The notes beneath the pieces were generated by a model. That model did not search any database and had not been told where the DNA came from. It saw only the letters and a list, made by a program, of their open reading frames with translations. A stretch of DNA of 64,000 nucleotides from positions 49,166,001 to 49,230,000 of the forward strand of contig OZ024749.1 in the NCBI GenBank assembly GCA_964016885.1. Reading direction: 5' to 3'. Source of the stretch: Eledone cirrhosa. Lineage: Eukaryota. Shown here piece by piece: positions 31,877-48,420 of the stretch. Position 1 is the first letter of the stretch; every line of letters starts with the position of its first letter. The position numbers and the translations under genes were made by a program.

Positions 31877-32965
31877 AATTTTCTCCTTTGTTTACGTTAT
31901 ATATTATTTGTATTATGCATGCATGTGACCTTCTATTTTACTTAGATTTCACTCCCGAAAATCATGCAATTGTGAAATGCAAGGCATTGATAATACTAGA
32001 TTTAATCTAATACGCAATCTCTTTCATTATGCTTGATATGTAGCATAAAATCTGCTCTGTTAACACGTTGACTAATTTCGATTCTCCACTATATGGTTTT
32101 ATATAGATTGACCAAATTTCCATGCACACAAATTAATTAAAATCTGCTTCCCAGTGATATCTTAACGAACGTTAATGGACCCTATATCAATTGAATTAAC
32201 TTATACACCTATTTTCACAATATTTATTCTGATAGATTTCAATTAGAACGTTTGACCCATTAAGGTATATGACACTTATCTGTCTCACAATTGCTTTTAA
32301 AAGAGAGATTCTTTATAGAAGATAAAATGTGCTAGCTAGTTTGATGAGAAAGTACTTTATATTTATTACTGTATATATATTTTTTTGTTCATTGCTATAT
32401 CGGTTACAATAAAAGTAATCAAGACGTTCCTATTTTGGAATGGTTTCGTAGTACTTACGCAATTAATGGCATCGACTTTATCGGAAATAATCACTAGTTT
32501 TATTAAATTTACAGCTAATCAGTCTGAAACAATTAACAATTTAAATTATTATATTATCGAAGCAATTTACTCCATTCGGAGCAATTAATCCGAAAGCAAG
32601 TCACTCTTGATCTAAATATAAATTGAAGCTTGTTGCAACTCTACCTCTTTTTCCCGATCTCTAATACAATGTTATTTAGACTGTTCTCTGGTTTACACTG
32701 GCGGCAGTGTGTTCGATTGTATTAGATATATCAGCCCGTAGGGGAATTGAATATGTTATTCTAATCTGTAATGTACCTAATTGTGATTTATAAAATAGAA
32801 ATTAGTCGACTGATGAAAAAAACATGGGCAATGGAGGAGTGTTTCAAAGTAAGAGTGGGAAATTGTGGAGAGAAAAATTGACAAACTTGTTGAAACAAGG
32901 ACTGGGTTGTGGGACAACATGTGTGACGAGGAGGATATTGACAGATGAACTAGATATGCATGACA

Positions 32966-33029
32966 TAATAATATACCAGCGATTTAGAAGTAGCAGATAT
33001 AATAATATACCAGCGATTTAGAAGTAGCA
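32966..33029. repeat. Short perfect tandem duplication
   Basis: ATAATAATATACCAGCGATTTAGAAGTAGCA twice. Confidence 0.9.
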
Positions 33030-34210
33030 CCCTAATATGAGGACATGGAAAAGGAGACATAATATCTATAGGGAAAACATGATGTGACTGTATGTTTTCC
33101 GTAACATGGCATTGAATAAAATACATGTCTAGTGATATTATGTGGGAAACATTTTTTCCCATTAGTCAATAGACGAACTTATTTTAGAGGGGAGGAAATA
33201 TTCTACTCTATGTAAATTATAAACAAAAGGTAGTTCGTATGTTCGAAGTATAATGTAGATTCAGATTCTCTTTCAAGATAGTCTCCTTCATAAATGCTTT
33301 AAGAAAATACATGATTCATTTCTTCTGCTGCTGTGAACATTTAAAAATTGTAACAGACCCAGTTTTCAAATAACAATTTGAAATTATTTAACTTTAAATT
33401 CCCGTGCAACTTCCCCCATGATTACCACATGGATGTATAGTAGCATTACTAATCTGTGGTATTCAGATAATTTGCGTTTAAAATTGATTGCTGTCGCTTC
33501 GGGTCAATCGCGTAAGATTCGAACAAAATTACGTAGTTCCCGGCGTCGAAGACGCTACTTTTTTCCTATAAATAATTCTAAAGATCTACCATGCGTCCTA
33601 GAAGCGGAAAGTTGCTTATTATTTTATTTCAAATTGTTGTTGTCATAAATAGGGTGTGTCCTGGAGGATGTCTTCGGCGCCGGGAAATACGGTTTATGGT
33701 ATCTGGTTACGAAATTCTATCCAAAATTAAAATGTTGGATAGAAGGACTTGTCAAGCCTGCGCAAAATTCAATGTCTGATATTACTTTCTAACTTTAAAT
33801 CCCTACAAATGTATTTGCCTTGTATACCCCCGATCAAGTAAACATAAGAAACAAACAATAATTAAAAATAATTGGATCCGCGAAAACGTTGATATCTCAA
33901 GAGTGTAGCAAGAGTGGCATGAATGCACACGTTAAAATAATATATATGAGGTCAGGTTGGTAACAGAAACCAATTTATAGAACTGGGAATTTTTGATCAA
34001 GAATCCATTATACATAGTTTCCAGATAATGAACAATACATAACAGTTCAACAAGAAAACTTATGTGTCAACTTTCCCCTCAAGACTCTTTTTTACTGTCT
34101 TTAAAATATATATTTGAAGAGAGTGACCTGACGTTCCTTCTCTGTAGAAAAATAACACGTTGGCCACTGATTTGAATTCCTTTTCTATGTTATATATAAA
34201 TATAAATAAG

Positions 34211-34263
<53 letters not shown>

Positions 34264-34972
34264 TTAAACATTATTTCCTATCTACATTTATTTATCTGCA
34301 TTTTCAACTTACAATTCAATAGCTGTAAGTTTGTTTTTTTTCTTGAAATTTCAAATCATGATAAACATTTAGCTATAGAATTCAAAACAATTCCACCAAA
34401 ACATTACCATTGCATTCAATAGGGATTACATCTAGTTGACATTTTATAAATTAGAATAGGGATTTGAGAGTTAAGCATTTTGTCGATGGTGGATATTTCT
34501 CCTTTCCTGTAGATATGTATGTATACATACATAAGTATATATATTTACAAAGACATGTACAAACATACACATATAATACCACCCCCCACAAACATATGTA
34601 TCACTCGTTTATTATATGATGTTTATAATGTTTTTAACTTCTTCTATTGTTTTGTTTAGTGGAGGGAAAGAGTAGTTGGTACTCTACCTTATCACTTTCA
34701 TGCAAATGTCTAGTTTAAGTCCCGACTTTGTATATAGTTATCTTTATTAAACCTGGAGTAGGATACGTCTTAATTACAATGATTTTACTGTTTCCTGTTT
34801 TATTCGGAATAATAGTTAAAACACGCATTCTTGCAATTGACAGCACCTTTAGGTTATGTTCAGATATGCACTACCTTTCTCTCTCTCACACACATATTAT
34901 CCCTCTCTCTATCTCACTCTTTCTCTCTCTCTCTCACACTCTCTCTCTCTCAATATATATATATATATATAT

Positions 34973-35153
34973 ATAATTGTTTCTACTTTTTGGCACAAGG
35001 CCAGTAATTATCCCAGTACATTACTGGTGCTTTATTTTATCGACCCCGCAAGGATGAAAGGCAAAGTTAACCTCGGCGGGAATTGAACTCAGATCGTAAA
35101 GGGACGTAACTATGATGGAAAGCATAATCCAACCCTCCACCGATACTGCCAAT
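34973..35153 (-). mobile_element. SINE copy
   Basis: Matches the reverse-complement consensus from tail to CCGATACTGCCAAT. Confidence 0.9.
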
Positions 35154-35185
35154 TCAATATAATGTGTGAGCATGGGTGTGCAAAC

Positions 35186-35600
<415 letters not shown>

Positions 35601-36926
35601 TGTGAATGTGTGCGCACATTAATGTAAATGCGAGGTATGTTACAAACTCTGTGTCTCTGTTGTTTGTGAACTGTATGGAATTAAACAAAGATGAGTACAC
35701 GCAAACGCACATATTTGTACACCCGACATACATTCGAAATAAGAAAACAATTCATTCATAAACATAAACGCCCAAATACACATACACACACACATATATA
35801 CACATGAATTATAAAGATAAATATCACGCGCAGAGAGAAACATGCACAATCACATATGTGTTAATAAAATTGATAACACAAAGAGAAAAATAGTTAATGT
35901 GTAGCGCACATATATACAAAAAAAGTGATAAAATAAAACGCCTAAAAATGAGATAAACAATTTGAAAAAGCATTATCATACAAAAGGCAAAAATATAAAT
36001 ATAATAAATATGAAACAAATAAAATTAGAATAAACAATATAGGCACACCATGGAAAAATAATAATAAATATATCAAACAAATAAATAAACAGAGAACCAA
36101 ATTGTAGTGATTAGGAGGCTTGAAGGAGCACTATGTCCAGTAGACCGTAACTAAGATAAGCTATTATTTTAGACATAAATGATCTTTTTAGTTGTTTCTT
36201 CTCTTCTCTCTTCTTTAGCTCAAGGAATAATATAGACACGCCAATTTCGTTGGTATCTGCTGTCAAATAGATTACAGTTCATTTTAGTCACCATCTGGGT
36301 ATCTATTTATGGTTCACGTGCCATTCCAAGCTCCAAGCAATCCCAGTGGGGGTGAGATACGTTGTTTTATTCGTCAATATTTTTTTTCATTAGTGTGTAT
36401 CGTTCGAAAGCTGTACATCCTTTCAATGTTTCCATTGTAAACATGTTCACTTCTTTTGTAGATATATGTATGTATTGCTTCCTCTCTCAGAGACGTATCC
36501 TCATTCACACACACATGCATGCACCAACATACACACACATATATGCACGCACACACACACACAAATATATATATATGTATATAATATAAATACGTATGCA
36601 CGTATGCTCTCTCTCTCTCTCTCACACACACATAGACACACACACATATATATGCATGTATGCATATATATGTACATACGCGAAAACACATGAGAGGTAT
36701 TTTCTATAAGTTTCATCTTCCACATTCAAATTACTTATTTTGATCAATATGAAACAATAGACGAATATAGTAGCAAGAAATGTTGACACTCAGGAACGAA
36801 CGTAGAACAACGTAGTTATCAAATATCTTAGCCACCATGTCAATGCCTGTATTGCATATACTGGTTCACAAAACAACCACAGTCGACACATTAACAGAAT
36901 CTACTTATATGGTTTACACACATTTG

Positions 36927-37088
<162 letters not shown>

Positions 37089-37719
37089 GGAAGTGGGCTT
37101 TGAACCATAAAAAAAAGAATGCGCATTAAACTCTAAGTGAAGAAAATATGCGCACAAAAACAGCAATTCACTAAGCATTGGAACCTTTTGGTGTTTGTTT
37201 TATTTCGGTATGTATTCGTGAGGCAAAGTGTGCACGCCTGGGTATATATATATATGTGTGGTGCGTGTGTGATGTGTGTATGTGTGTGTTTATGTGTGTG
37301 TGTATGTGTGTGTGTGTGTATGTGTGTGTGTGTATGTATGTATGTGTGTGTGTGTGTGTGTGTTATGTAAGTATACCTTTGCACAGCTTCAGTTTAAAAT
37401 ATCTGTCACGTTGAAAATGCAAGACATACATTTTAGATAAAAAGAAAATGCCATTAAAGTGTCATTCTGACCTAAGAGAGAAAACAGCTTAGCGATGCTA
37501 CATAGCTTTATTTCATTATCATACGACTGTGCCTATATAATTGTATGTACGCAACTGTCTTGCCACATAAACCTGTGTGTTTTATGTGAGTAATTTTGTA
37601 TATGAAACTTAGGTTTTCTCTATTTTACTCCTATGTTTTCTTTATCATCTTCTGAGGTTGGTTTCCATTATAATTCCATTCACATCTATGTTGCTTTATA
37701 GGAATATTAAATCGACAAC

Positions 37720-37922
37720 AGTACTTCACTGGTAATTTATTTTATGGATTTAGAAAGAAGAAAGGCAAAGGTGAACTCGGCCGGATTTGAACTCAGCATT
37801 TAAAAATTCAAGAAAGGCAAAGGTGAACTCGGCCGGATTTGAACTCAGCATTTAAAAATTCGTAATTAAATACCACAAGGCTTTTTGTGGGATGATCTAT
37901 CGATTTCGAAATTCAATGCCTT
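37720..37922 (-). mobile_element. Diverged SINE with an internal perfect 52-bp tandem duplication
   Basis: AAGAAAGGCAAAGGTGAACTCGGCCGGATTTGAACTCAGCATTTAAAAATTC twice (37758-37861). Confidence 0.8.
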
Positions 37923-39917
37923 TTATTATCCTTGCCATTGATGGTTCTATTGTTGTTGATGCTTAGCTTCACCTGAACCTTGATCCATCAAACCTATGAT
38001 CAAAGCTATTTCAGTCGTAACTTTCCATCTGTGTAGCTGTATTTTGACTCTACATCATCCAATATATTATGTGTATGTTCATATTTACGATGATGGTGTG
38101 GTTCTTGAGGGGAACTTTGTTGATATTTCTGGCTGATTAGATAGTAGTCTAGTATAATACATTTGTTGTTTAGTTCAATGTGTGTCCAGACCATACTATG
38201 GGTCATTTTATGTATATTGTAACACGAATAGCATACTCAAAAATATAATTCCCCCATGACTTAATGTCTTGGATTAAGGGCGATTTGACATCACATTGTT
38301 TTAATCTTTGATTTTAGTGGTTTATTTCAATTGCCTATCTTCACATTTTTATTTCATTAATATACAGAGATATTACACATGTATTGCTGACTATATGGAC
38401 CAGTACATTCCAACGTTTTTTAGGTGACTTTTATGTTCAGCTATCTGAGTATTTTCAAAACAGTACTATAATTTGACTCACACCTTGTGACATATCATTA
38501 TTGGTCAATATAACGACTGAAAATTGGCGGGGCTAGTTTAATCATGGTTCGAATATTGATGAATAACGTTTTGGCTTTAACAAATGCTTGTAATATACTG
38601 AAATTTAAAATAAAAAAAATTAAATTTAACTCTGCGAAAGATGTGTAGACGTAAGATATTGTTAGACATACTTATTCCTAAAATCGATGGCAATGGACTA
38701 TCATAATAGTTTGAGCAGTCAACAAAACATCTTGACTAGTTTTAACATTATGTAGTTCAAACTTCGGGATTTCTCTGATTCTAGGAACACTGATCTAAGT
38801 GCTATTATAATTCTGAAATATATATTTTCAGCAACACAATCAATCCAAGGAGCACAACCATCTCCCTATTTTAGAATGTTTAAAATATAAACGAATTGTT
38901 ACACAATTGCTCATGAAAATACTGCTTATAATGTTCAAATTATTATGAAAATAAAGAATCTGAGGGGATTTATTAAAATAAATTTGTTAGATTTACATTT
39001 GTGTTTGGAATATAATTTAACAAATTTTCTTACACGAATTTACTATGGAATATTGTTAGATAAATATAAACTATTTAAATAGCTTAAAACATATTGTCGG
39101 TACAGTTTTAGAAATTTATTTTATCAAAAGGTTAAAGCACCTGAGATATAATATACATGATTTTATGTTCCGTAATCAAACTCTATTTTACCTTGCAGCG
39201 TATAGTAAATACACACCAGTCAAATTAGTGCGTACATTCAGCGATAAAACATGATCAATATGAACAATTACATTTAAACGTTCACTGTTATCTTTTATTC
39301 TATCTTTTAAAGGGAAAGTAAATATTACTTAACAGCATTTGAATATAACTAAATGAAAGAGAGAAAGAATTCGATTCTATAGAGAGAGGTTATGAGGTGA
39401 GTTATCAACATGTTGAATACAAATCCAAAAGTTTGAGCACTAATTATTAGTGTACCTGACTTTTTTTTAGATATTATGCCATCCAGCCCTCATGATTTAT
39501 ACTTTACCTGTTCTGCTGAACTTAGTTCATGGAAGTGCTCCCTCTTCTTATATTACATATGTGATATAATACATGAGTGGGAAGGAGGAACTTTCATTAT
39601 AATTAGAAGTAAATATTTCAGAAACAACGAATATTGTAAGAATGAAAATAATATTTGAAAACCATACAAATACTAGTTTAGAGAAAATGAATATCCAAGA
39701 CAAGGGCATAGAAATAGAAAGCTAACTAACTGAAAACGACAGAGAGAAATATGGTGAATCTGAGAGAGAGAGAGAGGGGGGGGGGATAGAGAAAGAGAGA
39801 AGTAGAGAACGATAGAGAAAGAGAGAGAGAGAGCGCGAGAGAGAGATAGAGAGTGAAAGAGAGAGACAGATGGACAAGCAACGAAATTAGACAGATACAG
39901 ATAGTTTAATGAATCAT

Positions 39918-39961
<44 letters not shown>

Positions 39962-40000
39962 AGATATAGAAAAAGAGTCAGACATATAGATAGATATATA

Positions 40001-40192
40001 AGTTTATCCCGGGTTCACTCAGGGGGTAACCACAGTAAGTAAGGTACACAATACATAGCAGAGTATAACTATTTTATATAGAAATTGCTTCTACAGAACT
40101 AGAACTGTTTCATTTGGGAGAAATGATCAGGAAGCCCTTATGATTTCTCCCGAATGAAAGAGTTATAATCCTATAGAAGCCGTTTCTACATT
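40001..40192. mobile_element. Palindromic mini-element (family D), long arm on the left
   Basis: Homologous to 62072..62225 and 42820..42997; arms diverge from a central GGAAGCC spacer; TA runs at both borders. Confidence 0.75.
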
Positions 40193-40214
40193 ATATATAT
40201 ACATACAGAGAGAG

Positions 40215-40314
<100 letters not shown>

Positions 40315-41192
40315 GAAATACAAACAAACCCATGAAGATTAAATTAAATACCAACATGAAAAACAAAAACGCTCCACACACCCATCAGATAAAAGAATGA
40401 GACAAAAAGCTACATTGCAAAGTGACTTAAGAGGGTTCGTGCTGGAATGAAAGCGTACACATGTCACAGTCGTTCTGCTTATGTATATGTATGCATTTTT
40501 TCAGAGACCTATTTAGATATAAGCCAAACAAACTACCGTAAAGGGATTCAGAATGACGTCTCATAATCTCAGAACATTCGTTATATTTATATATGTAATT
40601 TAAATTGTAGGAATGTTTTAACCCAAATGATCCGATTAAAAACAATTAAGAAACCATAAGGAATAATGTGCTCTTCCTCATAACATAATTCCATTTTGTT
40701 TTTTTAAATATTTACATTAAATTTTAGAAATGTTTTAACGTAGATAATCAGATTAACACCAATTAACGAATTAAGAAAAGTTAAAACAAACAAATATTAT
40801 TTGCGCACGCTTTCCATACTTTTTAAGTATGCATAAATATAATTATGATTAGATTTAATATATTTTACGCCAACTCCACAATACCCTTGGGTTTGGGGCG
40901 GCCTCTTGCCAGGGTATCACTAGGTTGAGTACTAACACAATTTTTTTTTTATCTATTAAAAATGTCTAAATTGATATAATCAGCAGTAGTAAAGTGATGG
41001 TGATGCCGGTGGAGATGGTGATGGTAGATGTTAGTGTTGATGGTGGTGAGTATGGAGGTGTTCCTAGGGCCAAAGATACCAGAAGTCTCCATGAGTTACC
41101 AATTAGCTTATGACCTCACTATGTCTAAATTAAGTCCCATCTCTTCTCTTAACTTTTCTAAACAGTCATCCACCCTTCTATTTACAGCTATA

Positions 41193-41385
41193 TTAGGTGG
41201 ATTGGCAGTATCGGTAGAAAGTCGGACGCCATGCTGTCCAGCATACTTACGTCCCTTTACGGTCTGATTTCAAATCCCGCCGAGGTTTACTTTACCTTTC
41301 ATCCTTGCGGAGTAGATAAAATAAAGTACCAGTAATGCACTGTTGAATTGCTCGCCTTGTGCCTAAAGTAGACACAATTATTTGT
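41193..41385 (+). mobile_element. SINE copy
   Basis: GGTGGATTGGCAGTATCGGTAGAA...TTCAAATCCCGCCGAGG...GTACCAG...AGACACAATTAT. Confidence 0.9.
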
Positions 41386-41800
41386 TTTCTTCGAAGAAGT
41401 GCTCTACTCGAATACGTCAGACATCACCCCACACACATTCACACAGCATTAAATTCATTACTTTTCGAATGTTTTATGATAAGGATATTTGGCGTGTCTG
41501 CCTGTCTGAATGCGAGTGTGTGTGTGTATGTGTGTATGTGAATACGAGATTGTGTGTGTATTTGAGTGTGAGTGTGTGTGTGTATGTATATGTGAATGTG
41601 TGTACGTTATGTGTGTATGTATATGTGAATGTTTGTTTGTGTATGTATGTATATGTATATGCATATGTATGAGAGAATGTATGTACGTTTGAATATGTGT
41701 GTGAGAGTAGGTGTGTGAAAGAAAAAGAGAGAAATACGGTGAATCTGAGAGAGAGAGAGAGAGATAGAGAAAGATACAGAGAAAGAGAGAATAAGAGAAC

Positions 41801-41861
<61 letters not shown>

Positions 41862-42819
41862 AGAGAGAGTGAGCGAGAGACAGATAGACAAGCAACGAAA
41901 TTAGACAGATACGGGGAGTGGTGGGAGATAATGAGACATATAGATAGATAGAAATTGTAATATAATATTGTAGACTGGCATCTTTCCTTTTGTTCTAGAT
42001 TTCGTTTTCTTCCTTTCGTTCTCTCTCTTTCTCTCTCTCTCCCTTCTGTCTCTCTCTCACTCTCACTCTCTTACCCTTACTCCCTCTCTCTATTTCTTTA
42101 TCGTTCCAAATCTGAGATGTAAATACACGACGATTGCTTGTGACAGAGGAATACAAGGATTGTGAGGAACATATTCGCTGTGAAAGAGAAATATTAAATA
42201 CAAGTATAAAAATACAAGAAAAAACTTAAATAAAACAAGAATGAAAGCTAGTAAATAAGAGTGTGAAGTAGGGCGTATATAAGGAATGTAGTAAGAGAAG
42301 AAAAGTGAATATTAGGCATTCACATTGACTCAGGTATCGGTTTACGCAAAATTGCGATTTTAATTACAATTCCTCCACACCAAAATCCCTTGGCTAAGCT
42401 GCGAGCAACATATTTCAACTAAATTAAATGACATTTATATTGACCGCTTTCTAATGTATGTAGATATAGTAACAGTAACGACCATAGGAAGAGAATCAAG
42501 TCACGTTCACACACACATTCATTTATCTGTATATTTAGATATAGCAAATTATATAGACAAAAAGGTATTCTTTATTAATATAAATATATTAACTCACAAA
42601 TATACAACAAAATACATTTGTGTACACATATTTTAAACTTTCACTTGAGACCAAGCTACATGGCCATTGTTTACTAATACTCAAGGAACCAGAGTAACAT
42701 ATCATTAGTGTATGTGTTTAAATAACACATACGTATAATTTTTTTTAAAAATCGGAATATATACAAAGGAAGAGCCCCGTGTTTTCTCTCTCTCCATCTG
42801 CTCTTTACAACGCACATAC

Positions 42820-42997
42820 ATGACAAGAACTGTTTCAATCAAATGAAATCAACAGGGCTTTCTTCATGATTTCTTTTGAATGAAACTGTTCTGGTCCTGT
42901 GCAAGTCATTTCTATATTAAATGATGTTAACATTATATGAATGTTTTGAGTAACTTACTTACTGTGGTTAACCCGACAGAATCCGCGAGACACATCT
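42820..42997. mobile_element. Older family D palindromic element, long arm on the right
   Basis: AGAACTGTTTCA..GAAATCAACAG GGCTTTC TTCATGATTTC..GAATGAAACTGTTCTGGTCCTGT...CTTACTTACTGTGGTTAACCC. Confidence 0.65.
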
Positions 42998-43305
42998 ATA
43001 AGAGTACACATACGACACTCCCCACACATATCCCCCCATATATATATATATATATATATACAAATAACAAACCTAGTATCACAAAATGAAAACACGCGTT
43101 CCTACTCCTCTATTACTATATGTAAATATAAACGTTTCAGAAATGTGTTTGTTAATAACTGCATCAGGTTTTGCTTAATGGAATATCTTCTTCGTAGATG
43201 TTATATTAATTCTGTAATATTTTCGTGGTTTGTGAAATTAATTTGCAGATAGTTGCGCATTGTATGGATTTGGATCTCAGTATTTTCCCCGTCTATATGT
43301 TAATA

Positions 43306-43360
<55 letters not shown>

Positions 43361-45530
43361 TGAATCTATATGTAAATATATGTGTGCGTGTATGTGTATG
43401 CATGTGTATGTCTATATATGTGTATGAGGATGATTTCGTAGTAAAATTGTGGAGATTAACTATTTATTATGTAAATCTTGCCGAGATCTATTCAACACAA
43501 ACTGAGACAATAGAAGTAGCGGTAGTACAACGATAATGTAGTGAAAAAGGTTTCAAGAGAGGAGTAGAACAAACATATGTGGTTATATAATGCTTTCAGT
43601 TTCTGTGTATAGAATTACTTATTGTGGTACATATGTTACTGAATTTAGAAACAAGTTATTTGTGCTGTGTACAGAGCAATACAAAGGTGTTAGCTTGTAT
43701 AGAAAATATCGTTCAATAATATCTGTATTTTGATACGATTACACGTGTTGTAGCTGTTTTGTACTATACACTTCCTGTAGCTTCCATTTCAAAAGTGATT
43801 ACGTATATATTCATTGTGAACGGGCAAACAATATACTTAAAGTTTTGAAATACCAAATGTATGGTCTTTTAATCTTTAAATTACACAGGAAAGAAGCAAT
43901 TGAAATATTGGAACGAATATTTTAGAACAATTCTGTGAGCATATTACATAAATTTCAATTTTCAATTTCAGGTAATATCATTTAGTCTTAGTAAGGTATC
44001 TTACAAATAAAATTCTGAAGAAATATAGATTATGTAGTTACTATTTGTGATGAATTATATTAAATATTTCGGTTTCTCCGTAATCAAACACAAAGTATTA
44101 CAATATTTTATTTCAATTTCATTTCTATTTGCTTACCAAAAATTCATCATGAATTAAATTGTGTGGAATGGCAAGGAATCCAAATCTATGAATTATTTAT
44201 CCAACCGTTTAGACATAAAATGAAATGTTCGAGTAATAGACAACTTCAATCAACCAAGTATATTTTATTGACTCAGAAGAAATGAAAGCTTTGTCTCAAA
44301 CTCTATCAACACAGCCATATTCGTGTCGTTTGTCAACTAATCCTCCAAACATCCATCGTATTTTTACTGCATAACACGGATTTTATGAAAGAATCAAGTA
44401 ACACGAAATCCGAAAACTGATCAGTATTCACTCAATATTACAACACAAACTTTTAATTAAATTCTATTTTTCTTTGCATTTGTGTTGAAAACCAAAAATT
44501 ACAAGCAAATAAGGTTTAATAGTGGTTATGGAAGAGTAAGGCGAAACATTAAAAATAGAGTACTTGTCACACACTCGAATGGCACATTCGCTAATATAGA
44601 GTTACATTCTTCTAATTGTCACTATGGTATGGCCAATTCATATTTGCTATTATGGTATGTCAGTCAAGACATATATTGGTAAACAATAACAGTAATATTT
44701 GAAAGATATTGACTCATAATATTAATTTCTGAAAGAGTTTTGTCAGTAAGACAAATGTAGCTTTCTTATGGCCTGGTAATACATCAGCCAAGATATATTT
44801 ATATAAATGAATGGCTCGCATCACAAATGGTTTTACATATTCATATAGCTTCAAACTATAAACTGGAATTATACAACATATATATTCCAAACACAGACAT
44901 CATTTTGGATGTCTTTCAACTTAGTTGTCCTTATCAAAAATTAACGATTTTGTGAAATCAAGGTTAGATGACAAACAATCCATTCTAACCTAACAGACTA
45001 AAGTTGATATATTCAGGCAATATTGATGTATTCCTCCATACACTGTTGCTAATGTAATCCCTAGCTTTTAAGAATATTGGAATAGTAACAAACAGCGGAC
45101 AGTGTTTCACTTGAAGACTGGCCAGCACCAAGGATGAACATCAACAACAATCCAATGACTGAAGCCAATAGATATATATACGTATTGACAAACGAAGCTA
45201 GTGGTTGCGTACACATCTTATTATATATATATAGATGTGTGTGTGTGTGTGTATGTGTGTGTCTATGCTGCATATAAAATACATCAGAATGCATATATGT
45301 GCAGTAAAACAATTTATCAGAATATTAGTTGTTACAGACACTCCTTGCAATGTATATTTTTATAAACTATCAACTTTCTTTTTACACACACAATCACACA
45401 CACACACACACACATATATATGCACATACACATACATATATATATATATATATAAACATATATATATATATATACTCATATATACACACACATACACACA
45501 CTCACAAACACATATTTCTCTCCCCCCTCC

Positions 45531-45663
<133 letters not shown>

Positions 45664-47841
45664 ATCACACACACATACTTCTATAATGTGGAAATATAGT
45701 GTACGCTTTATAGAAGTAACCTATGGATTGATTAAAACCAGAGCCAGAAAAAAATTATTTAATACTCTGCCAAATAGACATGAGGATTCTGTTGCAATAA
45801 TTATTCGTATAAATAGCAATCCGGAATAATACATAAAATCTACCACTTCACAAAGATACCCATATACACAAACACCCACATATACACATAATATCACACA
45901 CACATACACACACATATGCCAAACCATACCATTCACACACACAAACGTAAATACACAGGAACAAATGCACCCTCTCACATATCAGGCACACAGACATGCC
46001 AAACCGTAATATTCACACACATGAAGAAATTCACACATACACATACATATAAACTCACATAAACACATAGTATATGTATGCATATTTACGTACATACATA
46101 CATAAGAATAATTCCACTTTCACGTACATCAAATGGCGAATAGACATACATATACTTATACACACAAGATGTGAATCATTCGAACGTATATTTGTATATA
46201 TTCATATATGTATGCATATGTGTATTCAGCAGAATTAATCTCTATAATTGCACAAAGCTTAAAAAAGCAAACAATAAAAAAAAGGCAAAATAAATCATTG
46301 AAAATTGTTCTGAAAAAAATAAATTAAACAAAGGTTTCGTAGTAAATAATGTGTAAAATGAGAGTGTATAAGTTATATGAAGTTATTGAGACGATAAAAA
46401 TGATGTTCTTGGCTTGATATCCGGTCGATTTCCTTGGATTGGTACATTCTTAAAGAAAACATAAAAATTCTTTAACATTGTTATTAAGGGTTGTGTTATT
46501 CTTGTCAAAAATGATTTACAATCACTCTGAAACAAAACAATAAAATGCAACACAAGTTAGATATAAAAAAGCAAACATGACAAAAAATTACATATTAATG
46601 TTATTGAAAAAGAGAGAACAAATTTATTTATTAGAATATTAATACGAGAATGTTTGATAATATACATATATATATATATATATATAATATGTGTGGGTGT
46701 ATGTGTGTGTGTAATGAAGAAATGTGCAATAAAAATTAATTACGTCTCATTCTTACACACACATACACACTCATACACACTCACCGTCTCTCACACACAA
46801 ACACACAATCCCACCCACACAAAAAGGAAACACGTACTTAGTTGTAAGGAATCTATGATATTGCGGATGGAAAACAATACATAGTGATTTTCAAAGTACC
46901 AATGGATATGTACAACCAAATTCACACAAATGCACACACACACACACATACACACATACACACACACACACACATACACACATACACACACACACATACA
47001 CACACACATACACACACACGCGCACACACACACCCGTACATATATATATATTTCTCTGTGAAGTGATGTATGTGTGTCTATGCTAATGTCTGTAAATCTG
47101 GATAATTCAGTTATATGTTAAGAACTTCAATACCAATTTGTATAGCCTGCGGTAGATACCAGCAATAATGTGTTGCCCTATTCTGATAGGTGTCTCTGTA
47201 TTCCGTAAGAGCATACTGCAGCCAACGTTTAAGTGTTTCGGGAAATTTATTTTAAATGTTCTCCAGAGCATCTATAAGATTACAATTTAGTTGCTAAAGC
47301 AGCAAATTCTAAATTAGTGTTTTAACACATAATGCCAATCATAGCACCATTTGTGGGTTGGTCAAAGTGTCAATGCAATGGCTTATATAATTAACCATAT
47401 CAGTGGTAGCCGTGTTATGTTTACACACATACACGCATTATATATACATACATATGCATTAGCATAATGCACAGAAATAACGTTTTGTGTAGTAAACTCT
47501 ATTTCTGGCCTTATCATATAATAGTAAAACATGAGAGACTAGTAATCGAAACTTTGGGAGGGGCCGGCTGTAAAATGTCAGAGCAAATAAGGTTATCTCA
47601 TTACATTAACTGTTCCTCCACCTTCCTTTTAATGTATTGCAGATTCATATCACCATCATGGTCATCAGCGGTGCTCTCCGTCCTTTTATACATCTTACAA
47701 ACGCCTCCATCATCCACGTCTTATTGCCCTCCTCCTTTACACTCTTATACACACATATATATATATACGGAATCCATATAAAACACCTCTCCCAAATCTG
47801 GTACGAAATAAAACAAGTGTATTATGATTTAATATACATTA

Positions 47842-47879
<38 letters not shown>

Positions 47880-47905
47880 ATACATATATATATATATATA
47901 ATATA

Positions 47906-47987
<82 letters not shown>

Positions 47988-48119
47988 ATACATATATATA
48001 TATATATATAATATAATACATATATATATATATATATATATCAACATGGTTATGGTTTGCCAGTAGAGCGTAGATTCAGAAACTGAAGTGGCCACGTATA
48101 TTAAATCTTCGATTGTAGT

Positions 48120-48420
48120 TGATTAAATCAATAAAACAACCGCAGAGAAAATCACCATGATTGCAACACTTACTTTTTTCTCGGTTCAGATATTTCGGTC
48201 GTCACGGTTCTTCTTCGACCATCATTTCTCTCACGAACGCCTTTGCACGCATTCTAAGTGAATGACTCCGACTGATGTTTGAATCACTATGAGGCTTCCC
48301 CCGACGAGGATTACAGTATATTAACAAGGATTGTCATGATGATTTCATGCAGCAATGAAGTTTAGAGCGTTGAAAGCATTTAGTTCGATGAATCTCAAGG
48401 TGGCTAGTGGTGAGTATACC
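48120..48420 (-). mobile_element. Possible very decayed Tc1/mariner transposase N-terminal remnant
   Basis: Broken-frame peptides loosely resemble mariner HTH-region motifs (EIHR; SL.DD...R; VRE....R.TV.EISE); weak. Confidence 0.25.

Noticed and set aside
45061-45312. Hydrophobic minus-strand ORF resembling a signal peptide
   Set aside because: It begins in microsatellite and has no identifiable family or splice support
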